From positions 13,174 to 77,173 of the forward strand of contig JAZUIZ010000039.1 in the NCBI GenBank assembly GCA_045642525.1: a stretch of DNA of 64,000 nucleotides, in the 5' to 3' direction. The position numbers and the translations under genes are program-made. This document shows, piece by piece, positions 54,969 through 64,000 of the stretch (position 1 is its first letter; the number at the start of each line of letters is the position of its first letter). Under the pieces are notes generated by a model. That model did no database searches. It saw only the letters and a program-made list of their open reading frames with translations, and was not told the origin of the DNA. Source of the stretch: Erysipelotrichaceae bacterium (lineage in GTDB: Bacteria; Bacillota_I; Bacilli_A; Erysipelotrichales; Erysipelotrichaceae).

Positions 54969-56006
54969 ATGATAAAAATAGGTGTGATTGGATGTGGTTC
55001 AATATCAAGACAACGTCATGTATATGAATACTCTCATAATAAAAATGTTGAAATAATTGGATACTATGATTTTAAACAAGATAGAGCTGAAGCTATGGCA
55101 AAAGATTTTGGCGGTAAAGTTTATTCAACAGTAGACGAATTGATTAATGACAAAAATATTGATGCTGTTTCTGTTTGTGTTGCAAATGCTTTCCATGCAG
55201 AAAATACAATCAAAGCTTTGAATGCTGGTAAGCATGTGTTATGTGAAAAACCAATGGCAACAAGTTTAAATGATTGCGAAGCAATGATTGATGCAGCAAA
55301 AAAGAATGGCAAGCATTTATTGATTGGCCAAAATCAAAGATTAACTCCAACACATAAAAAAGCAAAAGAATTAATTTCTTCAGGCGCATATGGAAGAGTA
55401 ATCTCATTCCAAACAACTTTTGGACATGGTGGACCAGAAAGTTGGTCTGCTGATAAATCTGCAAATACATGGTTCTTTAAAAAAGATGCTGCTTCATTTG
55501 GCTCAATGGCAGATTTGGGAATTCATAAATTAGATTTGATTAGATACTTGGTTGGCGATGAATATGCATCTGTTTATTCAAAACAAGTTGTTCTTGATAA
55601 AAAATTCCCTGATGGAACACCGATTGAAGTTGATGATAATTCTGTTGAAGTATTAAGATTTAAAAATGGTGTATTCGGAACTGTTACTACATCATGGACA
55701 GTTTATGGTGAAGAAGTACAACAAACAACCTTATTTTTGCAAAAGGGAATTATGAAATTGTATTCTGATCCACAATATTCATTAATTGTTGTTAATGCTG
55801 ACGGAACTGTTGATAAGTTCCAACTAGATGTTATTCAAACAAATGATGATGAGCAACAAGCTTCGTCAGGAGTAATTGATGAGTTTATAAATTCTATTAT
55901 TGATAATCGTCCATCTCCACTAGATGCTAGCGATGTTTATGGTTCTATGAAGGCTGTATTCGCTTGTGTTGAGTCAAACGAAAAAGGACAAGAAGTTTTA
56001 ATTTAG
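54969..56006 (+). CDS. Gfo/Idh/MocA-family NAD(P)-dependent sugar oxidoreductase
   Basis: Rossmann IKIGVIGCGSISRQRH and the EKPMA motif (VLCEKPMATS). Confidence 0.85.
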   Translation: MIKIGVIGCGSISRQRHVYEYSHNKNVEIIGYYDFKQDRAEAMAKDFGGKVYSTVDELINDKNIDAVSVCVANAFHAENTIKALNAGKHVLCEKPMATSLNDCEAMIDAAKKNGKHLLIGQNQRLTPTHKKAKELISSGAYGRVISFQTTFGHGGPESWSADKSANTWFFKKDAASFGSMADLGIHKLDLIRYLVGDEYASVYSKQVVLDKKFPDGTPIEVDDNSVEVLRFKNGVFGTVTTSWTVYGEEVQQTTLFLQKGIMKLYSDPQYSLIVVNADGTVDKFQLDVIQTNDDEQQASSGVIDEFINSIIDNRPSPLDASDVYGSMKAVFACVESNEKGQEVLI

Positions 56007-56055
56007 GTAATATCGATGAAAATCGTTATTATATAGCAAAGAAAAGGAGAAAAAA

Positions 56056-57189
56056 ATGAAAAAACTATTTGCTGTTTTAATGGCAGTTCTTATGGTTTTC
56101 ACTCTTGCTGGTTGTGGATCTGACAACAAAACAGACGACACTACTAACAATGAAACTGGAGCTACAAAGACTGTTTACATTATGGGTCCTACACCTGACC
56201 ATGGTTGGACTGCTCAAGCAGGTACTTACGCTAACCAAAAGGCTGACGAAATTACTGCTGCTGGACAATACAAAGGTGTTTACATGGCTGCTTCATCTGG
56301 TGAACAACAAGTTGACCAATGCAACCAAATCGTTGCTAACGGAGATGCTGCTATCGTAGTTATGATGCCTCTAGAGGATTCAGCTGCTGCTGGTCAAGAA
56401 GCATTATATGCTGCTGGAATTCCTTTCATTTCATTCGATAGAATTATTGAATCAACTGAAAAGTATGCTGCATTAAACACTTCTGGTGATAACTGGGCTG
56501 TTGGTGCTGGTATTGCTTACTGGCTACAAAAGAACGGTATGAAACCTGGTGATACAGTTGTTGTACTATATGGTGACAACGGTACTGTATGTTCTAGACG
56601 TCAAGAAGGTTTCGAACAATTCTTACAAGGAAATAGAAAGTATGAAGATGAAAAATTAGGTACTTTCGAAACAAGTGAAGTTTGGACAGCTGAACAAACA
56701 AAAGCTGTATTTGATGGATATCATGTAGTATGTGACTGGTCTGCAGATAAGGCTACTGAATATCTAGATCAAAAATTAGGTGAAATCATTGATGCGGCTA
56801 CTGCTAATGGTGGTAACCTATACATCTATTCAATGGATGATGAGATGACTTTTGGTGTTTTAACAACATTACAAACAAAGATTACTGGTTCTGATTACGA
56901 AGCTAAGGCAGAAGCATTAAATATCTATTGTTCTGCTATCGGTGGTATGCAAGAATTATATGATGTAATGTCTGGCAAAGATGCTGAAAGATCAGCTGTT
57001 TGTGATAAATATTTCGAAGACATTATGTCAATGTATTTCTCACCAAAGATGATGAAAGATGTTATTGACAAAGGTTTAGATTATGTTAATGGTAACTGGT
57101 CATACAACACTGGCGATGGATATTACACTCCAGTATTTATGGTTGGTAAAGACGCTGCTGCAACTACTGAAGGTTTCACAGGTCACTAA
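56056..57189 (+). CDS. Sugar ABC transporter substrate-binding lipoprotein (type I PBP, CUT2-like)
   Basis: Lipobox LAGC and a periplasmic-binding-protein-1-like sequence. It is followed by a two-domain ATPase and one permease. RBS AAAGGAGAAA. Confidence 0.75.
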   Translation: MKKLFAVLMAVLMVFTLAGCGSDNKTDDTTNNETGATKTVYIMGPTPDHGWTAQAGTYANQKADEITAAGQYKGVYMAASSGEQQVDQCNQIVANGDAAIVVMMPLEDSAAAGQEALYAAGIPFISFDRIIESTEKYAALNTSGDNWAVGAGIAYWLQKNGMKPGDTVVVLYGDNGTVCSRRQEGFEQFLQGNRKYEDEKLGTFETSEVWTAEQTKAVFDGYHVVCDWSADKATEYLDQKLGEIIDAATANGGNLYIYSMDDEMTFGVLTTLQTKITGSDYEAKAEALNIYCSAIGGMQELYDVMSGKDAERSAVCDKYFEDIMSMYFSPKMMKDVIDKGLDYVNGNWSYNTGDGYYTPVFMVGKDAAATTEGFTGH

Positions 57190-57204
57190 TAGTTATTATT
57201 TCTT

Positions 57205-57242
57205 AACGGATGGGAGTTTTGTCTTCCATCCGTTTTCTTTTT
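57205..57242 (+). terminator. Intra-operon terminator after the binding-protein gene
   Basis: 12-bp stem AACGGATGGGAG/CTTCCATCCGTT followed by a T-rich tail. Confidence 0.75.
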
Positions 57243-57258
57243 AAGAAAGGGGAAAAAT

Positions 57259-58758
57259 ATGGAACTTCTTGAAATGAAAAATATATACAAAGCCTTTGGC
57301 GAAAACAAAGTGCTAAAAGGCGTTTCCCTTGAGGTTGGCGAGGGAGAAGTTCATGCATTATTAGGTGAAAATGGTGCTGGTAAATCAACATTGATGAATA
57401 TTTTGACTGGCGTCATACCATTTGATTCTGGCGAAATTTATTTTAATGGAAAAAAATATGATGAGCCAACTATCGAGATGATGGAAAAAGCTGGTATAGC
57501 TTTTGTTCATCAAGAATTAGATGTTATTAACGATTTAACTGTTGCGGATAACATATTTTTAAATCGTGAAATAAAAAAAGCAGGTATTCTATTAAATACA
57601 AAAGAAATGGTTAATAGAACAAGCAAACTGTTTAGTGATTTGGGTGTTAGCATTAATCCCAACGCTATGGTTTCTGAACTAAAAACTGCTGAAAAACAAT
57701 TGTTGGAAATATGTAGAGCATTATATATAGATGCTAAATTATTAATATTAGATGAGCCTACAACAGCTTTATCTAATGATGAAATAGACCATTTATTTTC
57801 AATAATTACAAATTTGAAAAAACAGGGGAAATCATTTATTTTTATTTCTCATAAAATGCCTGAAATATTTACAATTTCAGATCGTTATACAGTATTTAGA
57901 AATGGTGAAATGATTTCTTCAGGAAATATAAAAGATACAACTCCACAACAAGTAACTTCAGATATGGTTGGTGCCAAATATGTTGACGAAGATCTTTATG
58001 TTCCTAGACAACTTGGTGATGTAGTTCTTGAATTAAGAAATGCAACCGGTGTTGGGTTTGAAAATGTAGATTTAAAAGTTAGAAAAGGTGAAGTAATTGC
58101 CTTTACTGGACTTGCGGGATGTGGCGCAAGTGAATTAATGAATACAATATTTGGCGCTGAATATTTAGACTCTGGAAGTATTATTGTTAACGGAAAATCA
58201 ATATCAGGAAGCATCAATAATCATATGAAAAATTCTATTGCATTATTACCAGCAAATAGAAGAGAAAATTCTGTTATATCCGATTTAACAATTCTAGAAA
58301 ACTATGCAGTTGCCGAACAATCAATTACTGGAATAAAACCATTTATTGACAGAAAGAAAGATATTAAAAATTATAATACCGATAAAGAGAAGATAAACAT
58401 CAAAGCAGAAAGCTATGATTTAGGTATTGATTCGTTGTCTGGTGGAAATAAACAAAAAGTATTCATTGGTAGATGGCTAAATACTGGTGCAAATATTATT
58501 TTGTTTGACAATCCTACTCAAGGTGTTGATGTTGGTGCAAAGGCTGAAATTTATAAATTAATTCTTGACTTTGCAAATGAAGGAAAAACAATTATTATCA
58601 ATACTTTGGAAATCCCAGAGATTAAGAAAGTAGCTGATAGATGTGTGGTTTTTTATGAAGGTAAAATAATTAAAGAATTTACACATGCTGAAGTTAATGA
58701 GCATGATGTGATGTTATATTCAACAAATGCTATTAATGAAAAGGAGGGGAATAAATAA
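57259..58758 (+). CDS. Sugar ABC transporter ATP-binding protein (duplicated ABC domains, CUT2)
   Basis: Walker A GENGAGKST, Walker B LLILDEPTTAL, and a second half with LSGGNKQK and ILFDNPTQGVD. 499 aa. Confidence 0.88.
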   Translation: MELLEMKNIYKAFGENKVLKGVSLEVGEGEVHALLGENGAGKSTLMNILTGVIPFDSGEIYFNGKKYDEPTIEMMEKAGIAFVHQELDVINDLTVADNIFLNREIKKAGILLNTKEMVNRTSKLFSDLGVSINPNAMVSELKTAEKQLLEICRALYIDAKLLILDEPTTALSNDEIDHLFSIITNLKKQGKSFIFISHKMPEIFTISDRYTVFRNGEMISSGNIKDTTPQQVTSDMVGAKYVDEDLYVPRQLGDVVLELRNATGVGFENVDLKVRKGEVIAFTGLAGCGASELMNTIFGAEYLDSGSIIVNGKSISGSINNHMKNSIALLPANRRENSVISDLTILENYAVAEQSITGIKPFIDRKKDIKNYNTDKEKINIKAESYDLGIDSLSGGNKQKVFIGRWLNTGANIILFDNPTQGVDVGAKAEIYKLILDFANEGKTIIINTLEIPEIKKVADRCVVFYEGKIIKEFTHAEVNEHDVMLYSTNAINEKEGNK

Positions 58759-59828
58759 TGAATAAAGATTTGTTCAAAAATATAATCAAATTTATTAAGA
58801 ATAATAGTTTCATATTTATTGCAATATTGATAATTGTTGTATATGGCGTTGTGCTTTCAAATAATGGTGTTACATTCAATTGGGGGCATATATCTGGTAT
58901 ATTGTCATCACAAAATACTGTTATCGTCGGTATTATGGCTTTAGGTATGGCTATGGTTATTATTACAGGTGGCATTGACTTGTCACTTGGCTCAACCCTA
59001 GTTGTATGTACTGGTACATGCATTATGGCTTACAATGTTACAGGTTCTATATTTGTAACTATTATTACAGCATTAGCAACTGGTGCGATATGTGGCTTGA
59101 TAAATGGTTTGCTAGTTGGATATATTAATATGCCTCCTTTTATCGCTACATTAGGTACGCAATTGATTTATAGATCTTTAATGCTTTCCATTGTTAGAGA
59201 TATTGACCCTGAAATTACTGGTTCAAGTTCTTCTCAATTTATGTTGAAATCAGATAATCCTGGATATGATTTTTTAAGATTTACAATTGGAAATGGAAAG
59301 ATCGGCTCTATCCCAGTAATTACTTTAGTGTTAATTTTGATGGTTGTTTTATTTATTATCATTTCTAAGAAAACAAAATTTGGTAAGAGAGTGTATGCTG
59401 TTGGTTCTAACGCTACTGCTGCTAGATTGGCTGGTATAAGTGTTGAATTCACTAAATGTATGGTTTATACAATCACTGGCGCATTAGTTGGTGTTGCATC
59501 ATTCTTACAAGCATGTAAGATTGGTAATATTACTCCAGCATCTTCTGGCCTATCATATGAAATGTATGCAGTTATCGCTTGTGTACTTGGTGGTATCAAC
59601 ATGGCTGGTGGAAGAGGCGAGTTATTAGGCGTTGCTTTTGGTGCTATTTCTTATTCTGCGGTATCAATGATTATTGTTTCTGTGCCTGGAATTTCTGTAG
59701 ATATTCAAAATGCATTCCAAGGATTAGTGTTAATTACAGTTATCTTAATTCAATTGGCTGGTCCAATTATTAAAGAAAAAATTAGACAAATTAAGAAAAA
59801 GAAAGAAGCTGCTGCTTCAAGCAACTAA
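58758..59828 (+). CDS. Sugar ABC transporter permease (RbsC/AraH-like)
   Basis: ITGGIDLSLGS motif and about 10 hydrophobic segments. TAATG overlap with the ATPase gene. Confidence 0.85.
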   Translation: MNKDLFKNIIKFIKNNSFIFIAILIIVVYGVVLSNNGVTFNWGHISGILSSQNTVIVGIMALGMAMVIITGGIDLSLGSTLVVCTGTCIMAYNVTGSIFVTIITALATGAICGLINGLLVGYINMPPFIATLGTQLIYRSLMLSIVRDIDPEITGSSSSQFMLKSDNPGYDFLRFTIGNGKIGSIPVITLVLILMVVLFIIISKKTKFGKRVYAVGSNATAARLAGISVEFTKCMVYTITGALVGVASFLQACKIGNITPASSGLSYEMYAVIACVLGGINMAGGRGELLGVAFGAISYSAVSMIIVSVPGISVDIQNAFQGLVLITVILIQLAGPIIKEKIRQIKKKKEAAASSN

Positions 59829-59856
59829 ACATAATATTTGTTACTATACTAATATG

Positions 59857-59888
59857 AAATGGATCAATAAAATGATCCATTTTATTTT
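59857..59888 (+). terminator. Intrinsic terminator after the first sugar transporter
   Basis: AAATGGATCA/TGATCCATTT stem followed by TTTATTTT. Confidence 0.75.
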
Positions 59889-59977
59889 GGGCAAAATTTA
59901 TCATGTAAAACAATACTTTTCCGTTTCTTAGATGTTGGTTATTGCTTTGTATCCTAGAAAATAGGAGGAGTATTATA

Positions 59978-61012
59978 ATGAAAAAAATACTTAGTATATT
60001 ATTAACCATTTCAATGGTTTTTGCGTTAGTCGGTTGTGGATCAAAAAACAACAATACGCCAGCTGCTCAAGGTGGAAACGCTAATGGAACAGCTGAAAAA
60101 AAGACTTACAAAATTGGTGTTTCCATTTATGAATACACTGATAACTTCATGACTACTTATCGTAACAACATGGAGAAATATTTTAAGGAAATCAACGCTA
60201 AAGGCGGAGATCAATTTGAAGTAGTGTTTGCTGATGCTCATTCTGATATGAGTGTTCAAACACAAGATATTGATAACTGGATTACTCAAGGTTATGATGC
60301 AATTATTGTTAATTTAGTTCAAACTTCATCAGGCGATGTTATTGCTCAAAAGTGTAAAGCTGCTGGTATCCCAACAGTATTTATCAATCGTGAGGTTGAA
60401 GGAATGGAATATTCTAAAGATCAATGCTATATTGGTGCTGATGCTAGAGAATCTGGTTCTTACCAAGGAGAAATCATCTATAATTTAGAAAATCATGGTG
60501 ATATAAATGGTGATGGAGTAGTTTCTTATGTTATGGTAATGGGTGATCCTGAAAACTCAGATGCTAAGTTCAGAACTGAATATTCAATAAAGTATTTAAC
60601 TGATAATGGTGTTAAAGTTCAAGAATTAGAAAAACAAACAGCTAATTGGATGAGAGATCAAGCTCAACCTCTAGTTGCTGATTGGTTGACTCAAATCGGT
60701 GACAAAATTGAAGTTGTATTCTGCAACAATGATGATATGGCATATGGCGCTCTAGCTGCTATTGAAGCTGCTGGACGTAAAGTTGGCAAAGACATTTATC
60801 TAGTAGGTGTTGATGCTGGTGCTGAAGCTATTGGCTATATCAAAGAAGGAAGAATGAACGGTACCGTTTTAAATGATGGTGTTGGTCAATCTAAAGCTGC
60901 TTGTGATGCTGCCATTGCATATTGCACTGGTGCAGAAAACATTTATGCTGGAAAAGTTACTTACATTCCATATGTAATGGTTATTCCAAATAATGCTGCT
61001 AATTATCAATAA
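59978..61012 (+). CDS. mglB: Galactose/glucose (methyl-galactoside) binding lipoprotein
   Basis: Lipobox LVGC. YKIGVSIYEYTDNFMTTYR closely resembles the E. coli MglB start IGVTIYKYDDNFMSVVR as I recall it. I chose the ATG at 59978, 8 nt after AGGAGGAG, not the TTG at 59942. Confidence 0.8.
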   Translation: MKKILSILLTISMVFALVGCGSKNNNTPAAQGGNANGTAEKKTYKIGVSIYEYTDNFMTTYRNNMEKYFKEINAKGGDQFEVVFADAHSDMSVQTQDIDNWITQGYDAIIVNLVQTSSGDVIAQKCKAAGIPTVFINREVEGMEYSKDQCYIGADARESGSYQGEIIYNLENHGDINGDGVVSYVMVMGDPENSDAKFRTEYSIKYLTDNGVKVQELEKQTANWMRDQAQPLVADWLTQIGDKIEVVFCNNDDMAYGALAAIEAAGRKVGKDIYLVGVDAGAEAIGYIKEGRMNGTVLNDGVGQSKAACDAAIAYCTGAENIYAGKVTYIPYVMVIPNNAANYQ

Positions 61013-61029
61013 ATAATTTTTATTTCATT

Positions 61030-61067
61030 AAGAGTTGTGCATATTTGTTATGCACAACTCTTTTTTT
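61030..61067 (+). terminator. Intra-operon terminator after mglB
   Basis: 12-bp stem AGAGTTGTGCAT/ATGCACAACTCT followed by T7. Confidence 0.8.
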
Positions 61068-61081
61068 AGAAGGAGACAAAT

Positions 61082-62590
61082 ATGTCTGAATACATTCTTC
61101 AAATGAAAGGGATATGTAAACAATTTCCTGGTGTTAAAGCTTTAGATAATGTTCAATTGAATTTGAAACCTGGTACAGTTTTGGCTTTAATGGGCGAAAA
61201 TGGAGCTGGTAAATCAACATTAATGAAATGTTTATTTGGCATTTATAAAAAAGATTCTGGTGAAATATTGTATAACGATAAGCCATTAGAAATTTCTGAT
61301 CCATTTGATGCATTACAAAAAGGTATTGCAATGGTGCATCAAGAGTTGCAACCTATTCCTGAAAGATCTATTGCTGAAAATATTTTTTGTGGTCGTTATC
61401 CAAAAAATGGTTTTTTTATTAATCATAAAAAGATGCACGATGAAGCTCAAAAATATTTAGATGAAGTTGGATTATATTTTGATGCAAATACAAAACTTGG
61501 TGAATTGACAACATCTCAGCAACAATTAGCTGAAATTGCGAAAGCATTAAGCGTTGATGCTAAGATTGTAATATTAGATGAGCCTACATCATCATTAACT
61601 TCTGCTGAAGTAGAAAAGTTATTTGAGATAATTAGAAAACTGAAAGCAAAAGGCTGTGGTGTTATTTATATATCTCATAAAATGGACGAAATATTGAAAA
61701 TATCAGATGAAGTTCAAATTATGAGAGATGGACAATATATTGGTACATGGGAATCAAAAGATATAACTATTGATTTTATCATTGCTAAAGAAGTTGGAAG
61801 AGAATTAACTAATCTATACCCTCCAAAAATTAATATTCCTGGTGAAGTATGTTTTAAGGTTAGTAATTTTACTTCTCCGCTTAATAAATCTTTTGAGAAT
61901 TGTTCATTCGAAGTTAGAAAAGGTGAAATATTCGGTATTGCTGGACTAGTTGGTGCGCAAAGAACGGAACTATTGGAAGCAGTATTTGGAATACGTTCTA
62001 AAGTAACTGGAGCTAAAGTAGAATTTAATGGTAAAGAATTAAATATCAATAGTCCTAAAGATGCCATAGAAAATGGTATAGCGCTAATAACAGAAGATAG
62101 ACGTGCAAGAGGAATTTTTGGTGTTTTGCCAATTTCCGATAATGTTGCAATTGCCTCGCTTTCGGATTATTTGCGTCATAGGATTTTTTTAGATCATAAA
62201 AAGATAGGGCAAGTTGTAGATAAGAGTATTAAAGAACTATCAATTAAGGCCCCAAGTTCAAAAACATTAATACAGTCTTTGTCTGGTGGAAATCAACAGA
62301 AAGTTATTATATCTAGATGGCTAGCAAAAGATCCAGATGTGTTAATTATGGATGAGCCAACAAGAGGAATTGATGTTGGCGCTAAGTATGAAATATATTC
62401 GATCATAGGAAAGTTAGCTAAGCGTGGAAAAATAATTATCGTTATTTCATCTGAAATGCCAGAGCTAATAGGCATAGCAGATAGAATAATGGTTATGTGC
62501 GAAGGTAAGATTACCGGTATTGTTGAAGGAAAAGATATGAACCAGCAAAAGATTATGGACTTATCTACTAAATATATGCAAAAGGAATAA
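61082..62590 (+). CDS. mglA: Galactose/methyl-galactoside ABC transporter ATP-binding protein
   Basis: Duplicated ABC domains. GENGAGKST, IVILDEPTSSL, LSGGNQQK, LIMDEPTRGID. 502 aa. Confidence 0.85.
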   Translation: MSEYILQMKGICKQFPGVKALDNVQLNLKPGTVLALMGENGAGKSTLMKCLFGIYKKDSGEILYNDKPLEISDPFDALQKGIAMVHQELQPIPERSIAENIFCGRYPKNGFFINHKKMHDEAQKYLDEVGLYFDANTKLGELTTSQQQLAEIAKALSVDAKIVILDEPTSSLTSAEVEKLFEIIRKLKAKGCGVIYISHKMDEILKISDEVQIMRDGQYIGTWESKDITIDFIIAKEVGRELTNLYPPKINIPGEVCFKVSNFTSPLNKSFENCSFEVRKGEIFGIAGLVGAQRTELLEAVFGIRSKVTGAKVEFNGKELNINSPKDAIENGIALITEDRRARGIFGVLPISDNVAIASLSDYLRHRIFLDHKKIGQVVDKSIKELSIKAPSSKTLIQSLSGGNQQKVIISRWLAKDPDVLIMDEPTRGIDVGAKYEIYSIIGKLAKRGKIIIVISSEMPELIGIADRIMVMCEGKITGIVEGKDMNQQKIMDLSTKYMQKE

Positions 62591-62608
62591 AAAAGGGGGA
62601 TTAGAAAA

Positions 62609-63649
62609 ATGACAGTAAAAGTAAAAGAAAAAAAGAAGATAAATAAAAATGATGTTCTACAGTTCTTACTTAATAATGCTGTTATCATATTAATTATTTT
62701 ATCGGCGATTTATGTTGGAATTACATCAAAAAATTTCTTATCGTTGCAAAATTTAAAGAACTTATTATCTAACTTATCTTATCGTGTAATCATTGCGTTA
62801 GGTATTTCTGGATGCTTAATTATGAGAAATAACGACCTATCTGCTGGTCGTCAAGTTGGTTTTGCCTCTTGTATCGCAGGCATTTTATTACAGAAAGCCG
62901 ATTTTGCTAATAGGTTAATTAAAGAAGGGTCAATACTATATAAATATTTTAGTGAACCAGTAAATATGTGGATATTAATGGTTGCTTTAATGATTTTGTT
63001 TGCTGTAACTTTTGGGTTGATTAATGGCTTAGTTGTATCTAAGTTACATGTTCCTGCATTTATCGGAACATACGGCATGCAAACTGTTATTTATGGTATT
63101 TGTTTAATTGTGACTAATGCAGAACCAATTGGTGGCATTATTCCGGAATTAACAAGTATGGGCTCTGGTTTCATTCTTGAGTTTATTCCTTATATCGCAA
63201 TTATAATGGCTGTGGTAATTGTGATTTTCTACATATTGTATAATCACACTACTTATGGCAAGAAAATGTATGCTATTGGTGGCAATCCAGCAGCAGCTGA
63301 AGTATCGGGTATTAATACAACAAGAATGACAATTGCTTCTTATATGATTGCTGCTGCAATGTTTGCTCTTGCTGGATTTGTTTTAGTTGCAAAAGTTGGT
63401 GGTACAACTGCTGGCGCAGGCGAAGGATTTGAATTGTTCGCAATTGCTGGATGCACTATTGGAGGTGTATCGGTATCAGGCGGTACAGGAAATGTATTTG
63501 GAATTATCTTAGGTGTTGCTGTATTCGAAGTATTAAAAATTGAAATGAATTTCTTAGGAATAGCAACAGCGTGGACATATATTTTGCAAGGCATAGTAAT
63601 CGTTATTGCTATTGCACTTGATATTAGAAAATATATAGCAAAGAAATAA
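62609..63649 (+). CDS. mglC: Galactose/methyl-galactoside ABC transporter permease
   Basis: NLLSNLSYRVIIALGISGCLIMRNNDLSAGRQVGF parallels the MglC N-terminal region. RBS AAGGGGGA. Confidence 0.8.
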   Translation: MTVKVKEKKKINKNDVLQFLLNNAVIILIILSAIYVGITSKNFLSLQNLKNLLSNLSYRVIIALGISGCLIMRNNDLSAGRQVGFASCIAGILLQKADFANRLIKEGSILYKYFSEPVNMWILMVALMILFAVTFGLINGLVVSKLHVPAFIGTYGMQTVIYGICLIVTNAEPIGGIIPELTSMGSGFILEFIPYIAIIMAVVIVIFYILYNHTTYGKKMYAIGGNPAAAEVSGINTTRMTIASYMIAAAMFALAGFVLVAKVGGTTAGAGEGFELFAIAGCTIGGVSVSGGTGNVFGIILGVAVFEVLKIEMNFLGIATAWTYILQGIVIVIAIALDIRKYIAKK

Positions 63650-63660
63650 TTGTTTAAATA

Positions 63661-63710
63661 AAAAAACTTCAGATTATAAGTCAAACTAGGTTGTAATACT
63701 GAAGTTTTAT
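63661..63710. terminator. Probable bidirectional terminator
   Basis: AAAACTTCAG/CTGAAGTTTT stem with a long, partly paired loop, an A-run on the 5' side and T-rich sequence on the 3' side. The stop of the minus-strand ORF lies in the 3' arm. Confidence 0.55.
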
Positions 63711-64000
63711 TGTTCGTTTTTCGCAGAAAGAATTGCTTTTGCAATTGTTATCAATATAACGGCGATGGAAGCAAACACAAAAAACCAATAAGCTATTATT
63801 TCAGTGAAGAAAGTAATTACTAAGGCAAAAAACATTAAAAATTGCCATCTTAATGATTTTGCAATTTTTTCTTGGTTTTCATCTTTTGCCTTATTTTTTG
63901 TAGCCTTTTTAAATGGAGCATTTACATAAACGTAGGATTTAAAAAATGTTGCAGTAATAATTGCAAAAATAAACAATGCCAAAAGAATAAGTATTGTTGA
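63707..64000 (-). CDS. Small hydrophobic membrane protein, 5' end cut by window edge
   Basis: The minus-strand frame is open from 64000 to the stop at 63707-63709. The product is mostly TM-like (IAYWFFVFASIAVILITIA). No recognisable family. Confidence 0.4.
   Translation of the reverse strand, partial: STILILLALFIFAIITATFFKSYVYVNAPFKKATKNKAKDENQEKIAKSLRWQFLMFFALVITFFTEIIAYWFFVFASIAVILITIAKAILSAKNEQ

Noticed and set aside
1-64000. CRISPR arrays, transposases/IS elements, integrases, toxin-antitoxin pairs, restriction-modification or other recognisable defence systems, and tRNA or rRNA genes.
   Set aside because: I scanned every intergenic region, none longer than about 390 bp, and every ORF of 60 aa or more. 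I found no direct-repeat/spacer pattern, no DDE/tyrosine/serine recombinase motifs, no nuclease, methylase or STAND-ATPase signatures, and no cloverleaf-like or rRNA-like sequence.

Overview
The window is very AT-rich and gene-dense. It uses SD-type ribosome-binding sites, has many TAATG/ATGA stop-start overlaps, and uses TGA as a stop. I read it as a chromosomal segment of a low-GC Bacillota gut-type anaerobe (possibly Erysipelotrichia- or Clostridia-like); that taxonomy is inference only.

I support about 60 protein genes, one T-box leader and a set of intrinsic terminators. I saw no rRNA, tRNA, CRISPR array, transposase, integrase or prophage block.

**Gene order, left to right**
- Last module (C-A-T-R) of an NRPS, cut by the left edge. 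It is translationally coupled to a membrane PP2C/SpoIIE phosphatase, followed by a STAS antagonist.
- A c-di-GMP block: lipoprotein, GGDEF cyclase, then tandem paralogous membrane EAL proteins, one degenerate and one canonical.
- MTA/SAH-nucleosidase-like gene, oppBCDFA, and a livJHMGF-type branched-chain amino acid transporter with an appended CBS-ACT gene and a HAD phosphatase.
- An orphan membrane-anchored phage-tail-collar-domain protein.
- sepF, T-box-ileS, nfu-like, S1-domain protein, pgi and a lipid kinase.
- A three-gene operon: OYE/Fe-S/FAD enoate-reductase-like flavoenzyme plus two-subunit aconitase X (DUF521/DUF126).
- Small envelope proteins, radC, and murC-ytxG/H-like-ccpA-like-tyrS.
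- MOP flippase, ispH, DEAD-box helicase, rimO, sugar kinases and an M29 aminopeptidase.
- A sugar locus with two CUT2 ABC transporters, the second being mglBAC-like.

**Best leads for something undescribed**
- The NRPS-R module coupled to a kinase-less PP2C/STAS pair and the adjacent c-di-GMP module.
- The enoate-reductase/AcnX operon.
- The orphan tail-collar protein.
- A self-contained 33-codon sORF cassette in front of the liv operon.

Most of the remaining window is ordinary housekeeping. I did not find a convincing defence-type or otherwise clearly new multi-gene system. All calls come from reading motifs by eye; no database search was run.
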